The translations under genes were made by a program, and so were the position numbers. The notes under the pieces are model-generated. The model was not told where the DNA came from and searched no databases. It saw only the letters and a program-made list of their open reading frames with translations. A stretch of 63,760 nt of DNA, the filler included, from Sluysia triapertura (Eukaryota), in NCBI GenBank assembly GCA_046118255.1. It is 5 parts of 5 records of this genome, joined end to end, with 100 filler letters (N's around TTAATTAATTAA, not from the genome) between each part and the next. Parts side by side here need not be neighbours in the genome. Positions count along the whole stretch, not along the records: positions 52,487 to 63,760 come from JBJNIA010186514.1; 4 more parts are not named here. One strand, given 5' to 3'. Of this stretch, positions 54,891 to 63,760 are shown one piece after another. Each line of letters opens with the position of its first letter. Position 1 is the first letter of the stretch.

Positions 54891-55687
54891 CACGAAAAAA
54901 TAATAAAAGCTGTTACTACTAACAAGACTGCCGAATACGAAACCTTATTCCAAAATAAATCGGATGATGAAGTAAACGCGAACCCTCAGACAATTAATGG
55001 ATGAAAATGATAGTGAAATAACGAAAAATAATGATAATGAAATAACTAAAAATAATGACACAATAGAAGAACCTGATTATATGGTGAATCTTAACAAAAA
55101 TCCAAACATTGAAACCAGCGACAAGGAAACAAATACAATTAAAAGATGGCCCTGTCGGCCAAGAAAAAGTGAAGAAGATATATTAATAACGCTGAATCCT
55201 GTTCGAAAAAAACGTTATAGATTTGACAAAAATAATAGACGAAAATGATGAAGAACCAATGGAATTAGATACAAACATAGTGTATGCGTTTTTATCTAAT
55301 ACGTTTACAAACTTCAGTAAGTATAAGAAATTATTACCCAAACTAAAGAGTACAATAATAAAACTTATAAAACAATTAGAGAAATATAAGGACAAATATG
55401 TTATTGATTTTATAGAGAATGGAGAGTATAAATCAATTATTAATAAACAACTTAGTAAGGGAATAAATAGAGAAAGATTTAAAATAATTTTAGCTTACGC
55501 CGTGTTTCAATGCAATAAGGAAAGGATAATTGATAAGAATAAGATAAATAAGGTTTTGTTAATAAGAAAACAAAGTTATGGATTGAAGAACAAGGAGGAT
55601 TGAGAAAAGAGAATCAAAAAATCGACGAAACGTCAAAATAACATGTTAAATACTGCTATACCACGATTAGGAAACTCAGAAAACAAT

Positions 55688-57460
55688 ATGCTCTTTGTGA
55701 TAATATTGTTATCTATGTTTGGTATAAACAAATCTTGTGCAATAAAAGCCTCTGACTGTAATCAACCACAAGTTGGCAGGAAATTCTCATTACTTGGCCC
55801 GGAATCAAGACCAAGCAGGATCCAAATAAAATAAACTAAAATCTTTAGTACATATCAAGAAGGAAATCTAATAACAGCTCTGGTTAGAGAATGTTTGGTA
55901 AAAAGATCAGTGGTGATATGGTATTATGGTCATCATAGCCATTCATCGATAACAGAATTACCACATGTATTAAAACCATTCAAGATTTTGTCGAATAATT
56001 GTAGAGATGCCTTCGAAACAGGATATATCGGATTGGTAAAAGGTGATAAATTACGAGTGAGAAATAATGAAAAAATTATTTATAACATTAGAACTGCCGG
56101 AAATGTACTAACAGATGGGACTTGCGAATAAGGATCAATCGAGTATGAAGGGAAGATTTATCATAATGTAGTCGCTCAAGAAACTTTTGTAGTAAGCTTA
56201 AAATCTTTTAATGAATGTTTTGATATTGGAAAAGGCGCAATGATGTCTAGATCATTTTGCCGAATGGATCAAACAAGTTGTGATACAGGTGAATCCACTC
56301 TAATATATGAATTGGATAAGTTCCAGTGTTCTTTAATATTTTTAAAACAAATAAAATTTAATTTAGTATCCGGATAATGATGATCTACCAATTGAAGAAA
56401 TAAACAAAAAGGAACAAGTACAACGTAAAACATTAGATCAAATAGAAACTCCTACCATTATGATGGTCAGTAAAGAAGAATATGGTTCGATCTTTATATC
56501 AAAAGGAACGATAATAAGATGTGGAAAAGAAATTATCGAAACCAATTATCAAGGTATTTACCTTTCTGAAAAAACAATATTACAAGCAAAAAAATGAATA
56601 GATTCAAAAAATATAAAATTAAATAGTTATTTTAATAATATGACAGACTTCTACTACCATCTTGGGTTAATGTCCTTAGAAAAAATTTATTAAATTATGA
56701 TTGCTCGGGATTGCCAGCTGAACAAAGAAATACTACGTACAAAACTGGCAGTGGCCATAACAAATCACGATCTGGTCGCATCATTATTACCATTAGAAGA
56801 AGGCGTATTTGGTACTATACACTTACAAATGTAAAATAGTGGAAGTTCAACTAAGACCAGCGACAGAATGTACAAATGAATTACCAATAATATATGGAAA
56901 AATAGAAACTTATCTAGAACCAGTAACAAGGGTAATATTCCCTAGTGATAAAATTATAGAATATATGAAAACTTATGGATTTTGCTACCACACAGAACTC
57001 AAGTCAAAGTACCGGAAATTATTGAATTAACGGAATTAAAAGGAAAATTGAAATTTTTAGCAACAAAAAATATATCCCATTCAGCTATGTACACAAATGA
57101 AGATATACAAGCGGCGTGGCGGTAGATACTGTTTCCTATAAAAAGATTAAAAGTACTAACAGATATATTAGATAAGGCGACAGTAGAAAAAGACTGAAGA
57201 ATAAACTTTGAATTATTGTTAGGACGAGATCACTTTAAGAAGGCTGCTCAAAATACATTAAGACAGATTTGGGGTAGTTTTTTAATTCTAGGTCAAGCCT
57301 TTTCAGGGTTAATTGGTATTTACATAATAATTAAGGTGATAGTGTTAATAATATCTCAAGTTTTCTCTGTTGTCGGAATTTATAAGATTTCAGGTTTTAC
57401 ATGGAAATTGATAATAGGCTGATTTCCATTTTTGGCGAAGTATCTGTTACACCATCATGC
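55688..57460 (+). pseudogene. env: Env-like class III fusion glycoprotein, chuvirus G-like
   Basis: Signal peptide LFVIILLSMFG..CA, then IKASDC, ECLVKRSVVIWYYGHHSHSS, AG..TDGTC, NVVAQ, CGKKIIETNY, DCQLNKEIL, CKIVEVQLRPATECTNELPI..YLEPVTRVI and TM region IWGSFLILGQAFSGLIGIYIIIKVI. The motif order matches chuvirus-type G (GYDC, YYCGMHSH, DG.C, C..V.V.....CYNELPV..L.P..RI, W..F..FG..SAG..GI). Confidence 0.8.
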
Positions 57461-57694
57461 TAACTCACAAATAAATGCATTAAGAAAAGAAAGAACAAGA
57501 ACTGAAAATGAAAATGTGGCATTACAAACAATTCAAAATGATGAAAATGAAGAAATTGAAGAATTAAAGGAAAATCTTAAAAGATCACAAAAGGATACAC
57601 AAAGGGATAAAATTTATCCAAATCCCCCAACATCACCAGTGCCAAATGTGGTTTATATGATAATATGTGCAAATAACAACTATAATAATTCTAA

Positions 57695-58010
57695 AAGACC
57701 AATGGCCAACGTCTAAATCAATGGAAGAATAATATTGGAACTTGTAGATACAGGAGCAGTGGCATCATTAATTAATGAAAACCAGCTAACAGAAGAAGAA
57801 CAAGGGAACCTTGCAAATCATTTTTCACATTTATCAGGAGTCACTGGAGACGCCATACATTTTATTGGAGTAATGAAAGCCATATGCGAAGTAGGACAGA
57901 ATAAAGTTGAAGTAAAACTAAGAGTAATGAAAAAATGTCCAGAAGACATGATATTGGGGATGGATATACTATCACAACTAAAAGGAGTAATATTGGATTT
58001 TGATATTGAA
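57695..58010 (+). pseudogene. Aspartic protease 1 (retropepsin)
   Basis: RPMANV*INGR..LVDTGAVASLI...CPEDMILGMDIL. Confidence 0.9.
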
Positions 58011-58539
58011 TAACTAATGGATAGTTATTCAAACAGAACTATCGATGACGATGATGTTTACGTTGATGAACCATTATGGTTATTAAGTAGAACCGAATAC
58101 ATAATGCCAGCAAAAACAAATAGTTCATTAACTGGCCTAATTACGTTTATAGCTTCAGAAACTAATCAAGGGAAATTGGATATAGGTATTGCAGATTCAA
58201 TCTATAATAATTGCGAAGGAAAGATACCCGTTCGAATTATAAATTATACGAATGATAATAAATGGTTATTTAGAGGAACTAAATTAGGAAGAATTGTTAA
58301 TTATAAAATACAAACACATATTAATGTAGTGACTGATACGAAAAGCAATACAATAAAATTAGCGCGACATACAAGAAGAAGATTATGGAGAAATTCAAAT
58401 TAACAACAAAAATCTAACTAAAAGACAAAAGGAACAACAATATGAAGTTATACATCGGTATCCAAGAGCAATTTCAAAAAACAAATGCGATATTGGAGAC
58501 TCTAATTATAAAACACGAGATACCACTAACAGAGGATAA

Positions 58540-59330
58540 GTAATTCGAAGGAAACCTTACAGAATTCCTATTTGCAATCAAAAAGAAATGCAAGATCAAA
58601 TCGATACTATGAAGAAGACTGGATTAATAAGACTTAGTTTCTCTCCTTTTTCATCATCAGTATTACTAGTTAAAAAGAAGGACGGTACGACGCAGTTCTG
58701 TATAGATTTCAGAGAATTGAATAAAAAACACGAAAAGATGCATTTCCACTACCACGAATAGACGAGATGTTAGATAAATTAGGGAATTCTACATATTTTA
58801 CAACTTTAGACTTACAAAGCGGATATTGGCAGATTTAAATAGCAGAAAAAGATAAACACAAAACAGCTTTCACATACGGAAACGAACTACACGAATGCGA
58901 AAAGATGCATTTGGTCTAACCGGCGCACCGGTAACTTTCCAACGTTGTATGAATTTTGTGCTATCAGGATGTAAGAATGTCATGGTATACATAGATGACA
59001 TCATAATATTTTCAAAAGATTTTAAGACTCATCTAGAAGACATCGACAATATTTTAAAAAGACTAGAAGTTACAAGACTTAAGATAAAACCTACAAAATG
59101 TGTATGGGCAGAAGAAAAAGTATCCAAAGATGGCATTAAACCAAACCCAAGAAATATCGAAAAGGTAATTAAGTTCCCTCAACCAGATAATGTTAAAAAG
59201 GTTCAGAGTTTTTTTAGGTCTAGCTAACTATTATAGAAGGTTTGTTAAAAATTTTGCAAAAATCGCGCAACCTCTCAGAAAGCTAATAAAGAAAAATGTA
59301 GAATTTAAATGGACTGATGACCAAACCAAA
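58540..59330 (+). pseudogene. pol: Reverse transcriptase (Ty3/gypsy)
   Basis: [80 protein letters not shown]. Confidence 0.95.
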
Positions 59331-59394
59331 GCGTTCAAGGAATTGAAAGAACATCTCACCTCAGCACCAATACTAATTTTTCCTGATGTTAGTA

Positions 59395-59730
59395 AACTGT
59401 TTATATTAACTACGGATGCTAGTAATTATGCTATCTGCGCAATTTTAGGCCAAAAAGATAAAAATAATCTCGAAGCAGTCATAGCACACGCCAGTCGGAG
59501 ACTTAACAAAGCAGAAATGAATTATTCGACTGTAGAGAGAGAATGTCTAGCGATTGTAAATTGTTCAGACATTATTTGTTAGGACAAACCTTTGCTATAC
59601 TTGTATAATCACACAGATGAAGTCAGTAGACTTAACAGATGGTTTAATAAATTGTCCGAATTTAATTTGGAAATTGTTTATAAGCCAGGTAGCTTAAATA
59701 ACGGAGCTGACTATATGTCAAGATTAACAT
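59395..59730 (+). pseudogene. RNase H (Ty3/gypsy)
   Basis: FILTTDASNYAICAIL, NYSTVERECLAIV, RLNRW, YKPG..N.GADYMSR. Confidence 0.9.
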
Positions 59731-59949
59731 ATGTAGATGATAATGGGAACATAAATTTAATTCAAATTATGTCAGTATCGGGAAAAATGCAAAATTCTGA
59801 AGAAATTATTAAACATCAGAGAGAAGATAAAGAGATAAAGAGAAGATAAAGAGATAAAGAGAAGATAAAGGGACCTTAAACGATTTACAAGCCAACAGAT
59901 TAGCTATTATGGATGGGATATTAAGATTTAATAACAATAAAGATAAATG

Positions 59950-60870
59950 GAAAACGATTATCCCAGAATCATTAATTATACCCATTTTAATACAATTTCA
60001 CGATGAGTCACTTATCAACGAGAAAGACATCAAGAATTAAAAGTAAATACTACTGAGACGTAAAAATACAGGACAAAAAACTAAAGTACCGTTAAAACCT
60101 GTGCCAGTACCATTATCACCAATGGAATTTACCGCTATGGATATTATGGGTCCTCTCCCAGAGACTATCAGTGGTAATAAGTATATAATAGTATTCGCAG
60201 ATTATTTGACAAAATGGCCCGAGGATTATCCAATGCCCAATCAAAAAGCCGAAATATTGGCACAAATATTGGTGGAAAAGATAATATTCAGATATGGAAC
60301 TCCTAGAAAATTATTAACAGATCAAGGAACTAACTTTACCAGCGATGTAATCAAGTTAGTGGCTAAAATTTTTAATATTCTTCGACTTTATACATCGCTT
60401 TACTATCCAAAACCGATGGACTGGTGGAACGTGTGAACGAGAGAGAAACAGACTAGGATTTATATATAGCACTGTCTTTTTGCACATAGAAGTTCTGTAC
60501 ATCCATCAACTAATTTCACTCCTTTTTATTTAATGTATGATAGACATTCTAATATGCCAGAGGATTTGAAATAGGTTCCACAACGTGACAACATGAGAGA
60601 ACAATTACAGGATGCATGGAAACGGGCAGGTCTTCAAATTAAATATTCTCAAGAAATATATAAAGACGCATACAAAGCAGCTAAAGAACATACTTTTAAA
60701 ATAGGTGACGATTATCCAATAACTAAACCGGGTCAATAACTTAAGTTACATAAACCTTTTAAAGAGCTTTATTTAATAACAAAAGTTACTGATACAAATG
60801 TATTTGTTAAGGATCCTAATAAAATTAATTCTGAAACGTTTGTAGTGCATGTCAATAGATGTAGATGGCA
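59950..60870 (+). pseudogene. Integrase
   Basis: MDIMGPLP..GNKYIIVFADYLTKWPE, LTDQGTNF, Y.PKTDGLVERVN, TPFYLMY, FKIGD, VVHVNR; HHCC region partly deleted. Confidence 0.9.
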
Positions 60871-61029
60871 ACAAAAGAAGAATATAATTTAAGAAACAGA
60901 AAGTTACAAAAATCAAAATTGAAAATTCAGCCAAGACACAAAGATCGAGACAAACCACCTTCATTTCATGCACTAAGACATAAACAAGTAATATTTATGA
61001 TGCATTCCCATGGAAATGACTTGGCTCAC

Positions 61030-61320
61030 ACAATGCAAAACGTACGATTCAATGGGCGTTGGGTTAGAGCACTTATAGATACCGGCGCTACCATTTCAGT
61101 GGTTCATAAGAACTTTTTAACTACCTGGGAATCAGTGTTCTTAAATAGACCAAGATTGATAACATAAAATGTCAATCCAACACCAATAAATATCAATGGA
61201 GCTCTATTATGCTATATAGAAGTATTATGGCAATATGTACAAGTTTTAGTAAATGTTTGGGAAGTAGCCTATACGAATTAATATTAGGTATGGCTGTTAT
61301 CAATAAATTAGAAGACATGG
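61030..61320 (+). pseudogene. Aspartic protease 2, downstream of integrase
   Basis: VRFNGRWVRALIDTGATISVV ... YELILGMAVI. Confidence 0.8.
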
Positions 61321-62150
61321 TCATTTACATTAAATATGGCTTTATAAAAGTACCACCAGGTTCAAACATGATTATACCACAATTAATAGTTCCACAAGTC
61401 GGTGATGAATTAACCTTACATCAAATGCCAATTTCGAATCCACCATTACAAGTTCCAGACTTACCATTACCTGATATCGTATATCTACACTTAATTTATC
61501 AGATGTATCGTGTGGATCTTCATCAATAGTTACATCAGAACGAAGTTTGGACTCATCAGGAATTGGCTCAGATGTTCAAGATACAGTAATGATAATGACC
61601 CATATAAGGAAAAGAAATTGTTTCAATAGAAATTGTTTTAGAAAAATAACTTGTTGGCTTTATATCTTAATTGTGATTTTTCTATTACTTATAACTAATG
61701 CTATAGCAACGGAAACAGATGAAGAATACAAAAATATGATGGCAGAGAACAAAAAATAATGATTACCAATAATTATAATCAATATTGGAAATTTGAATTT
61801 ATTTCCAAGAAAATGATTGCGCGACACAAATTTGAAATTTATTGTATCTATTTAAAGCCATTACTAGTGGGGAGACCACATCATTTAAACGATATTCCAC
61901 ATTGTCTGCATTATGGATGCAGACATGTGTTAATAACTTTTTCTTCAGATACCCCAATAAATACACGAGATATTTGGAAATTTATCAAAAAAGTAAAACA
62001 TTTGGAAAATGGAGAAACCCATGTCTACCGCATAACACTAATAATGATGACGACGACGCGTATACAGTTCCACATCGAAACAATTACGCTCCTCCACCGG
62101 GCATGCCAATAGTTCCACCTCCAATTTATGAATACGCTACATATAATTAA

Positions 62151-62882
62151 ATGCCACTCATACGAGACTGGCAAATGACTCAAGTAAAATCTACAATCTT
62201 GATATTTATCTATCTATCTTATATATCAAGTACGAATTACTTATCAGAAAACACCACACCTAGAATAATTTTAGTATCTACTCAAAAAGATGTCTATACT
62301 AGAATATTCATAGATAAAATTAAGTTATTTTCTGTTCAAATAAAATGTTGCATAATGGATTGGTGTGAAATTGAGACAAGGGCAAGTAAACAGGACTTCT
62401 ATTTGTTTATATTTTGCATGGATCAACTAATTAGTGTAACAATAACTATGGAACTGGAATATGACTCTCAGAGTGACTCCAGAACTATCTTGATAAGAAC
62501 TAAACCATTTGTTTTCCGTCAAGCTTCAACAGTAGTTGAGTTTCCAATGATCATCTATCGCTATCTCAGAAATGTACGTATTCATAACCCACCACACAAC
62601 AATACATTAATAATTGCATATGAACTACTTGACGGTTTACGTTACGGAATGATATTGCCTAACGATACGATTCGTTTATATCATATTCCAAATAATAAAC
62701 TCGTTTATCAAATTTTGGATATTAAGAAAACAGAAACACATGACTCAAAAGGATTCTGGCCAACAATCAGATATAACGACGTGCAAGTACCAGTTATAGA
62801 TAAGTATGAAAATGATTCGGATACGAATTCAGAGAAAACGGCTAAAATCAATAAAAATTTTACGAATATATTTACAATATAA
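62151..62882 (+). CDS. Orphan 243-aa ORF in the 3' accessory region of the retrotransposon
   Basis: Uninterrupted ORF on the element strand, flanked by hydrophobic TM-like segments (61650-61710 and 62980-63070); no family recognised. Confidence 0.4.
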   Translation: MPLIRDWQMTQVKSTILIFIYLSYISSTNYLSENTTPRIILVSTQKDVYTRIFIDKIKLFSVQIKCCIMDWCEIETRASKQDFYLFIFCMDQLISVTITMELEYDSQSDSRTILIRTKPFVFRQASTVVEFPMIIYRYLRNVRIHNPPHNNTLIIAYELLDGLRYGMILPNDTIRLYHIPNNKLVYQILDIKKTETHDSKGFWPTIRYNDVQVPVIDKYENDSDTNSEKTAKINKNFTNIFTI

Positions 62883-63760
62883 ACATGAATATAAGTTCGA
62901 ACACTACCAATATAAATACGAATGTCAGTAAGGAAAGTATTGAGTGCCCAGCTATAGTGAAATCCAACAATAATTTCATCATAACTATTAATTATATTTT
63001 AATAATAATTTCTTTAGTGACAGTAATTAATTTTATTATTCCAAAATTTTATTTATTAGGCATAGGGCTCATTTCTTCATATAAATCCCAAGTCATATTG
63101 CATAAATGACCATATGTAATGGTACTCCCATTCATTAAAATCATAAGGATTAATATTAAATTTGTTATTAACAAATAGTAAGGATAGTGCAAATGACTGT
63201 ATGTGATTGTTTACCATTCATTTCGATTCATGCAAAAACTAAAATATTACTTAACTTTTATTTGGGATTAGGATTTTTTAATTTTTTATAAAATTAAAGC
63301 TTTTACTAGTAGATTCGATTCCGTCGCAGATTTTGTTAATAAACACTAGAAATCCTCTGTCGATCAGTTCTTTCTTTATCAAGCTGTTCAGTATCATATT
63401 GGTTCAAGTACCTTTTGTTGTACTCATCATATGCGTTAAATACTTGACTCTGGTTAGATTCATCTTAAATGGAATAATGATTCTTTAAAAGCATCTTAGG
63501 GAAAGTATCGTTTTAATTCAGCATTTCTGGTCATTACCACATTGACTTTAAAATTACTGATTATAAGTTGAATACTTTGCGTCTTGGGTAAATCGTAATT
63601 ACTTATAATGATGCATCGTTGATCATTGAGAAGGACATAACTATCAACTTTGACGAAATATGTGATTTGAAAGTGTGACATATAAACCATTTCTAAAGTT
63701 AACATACTCTCTAATGATAAATTCATATAACTATCTACGATTGATTGTAGGCAAACAAAA

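Larger units (their letters stand above)
53340..63110 (+). mobile_element. Decayed large Ty3/gypsy retrotransposon with internal env-like glycoprotein and two proteases
   Basis: Domain order gag, UBL, G, PR, RT, RH, IN, PR2, accessory ORFs, all on +. RT-RH-IN order and motifs are Ty3/gypsy. Many stops and frameshifts; LTRs not seen for this copy. Confidence 0.9.

Noticed and set aside
58017-58320. dUTPase gene after the protease
   Set aside because: Has only the PVRIIN..L..GTKLG pattern common in gypsy post-protease spacers; dUTPase catalytic motifs are absent.

Overview
Very AT-rich eukaryotic genomic DNA, probably animal (inferred from an SLC6 transporter exon, ~33-42 nt GT-AG introns, and mariner/L2/Ty3-gypsy content). 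It is split by four assembly gaps that each carry an artificial TTAATTAATTAA spacer, so linkage across gaps is unproven. Host genes are sparse: a partial importin-11 gene, an SLC6 exon and a BAG1-like UBL gene. Most of the window is decayed transposon DNA. Two systems stand out. (1) A large Ty3/gypsy family (best copy ~53.3-63.1 kb; remnants at 18.3-25.0, 31.0-36.1 and 40.5-42.6 kb) with an apparently single ancestral polyprotein: Gag, ubiquitin-like domain, signal peptide, chuvirus-like class III glycoprotein, protease, RT, RNase H, integrase, a SECOND aspartic protease, then accessory domains. The env-like gene sits between gag and the protease, in frame with both, instead of after pol. Sister copies end in a DnaQ/DEDD-like domain and an acidic tail. 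(2) A miniature LTR element (TRIM) whose ~155-bp LTRs each contain a tRNA-like Pol III unit: one LTR-PBS-PPT-LTR copy plus two solo LTRs, one with a 4-bp TSD. All protein family calls come from motif recognition by eye; no database searches were run.
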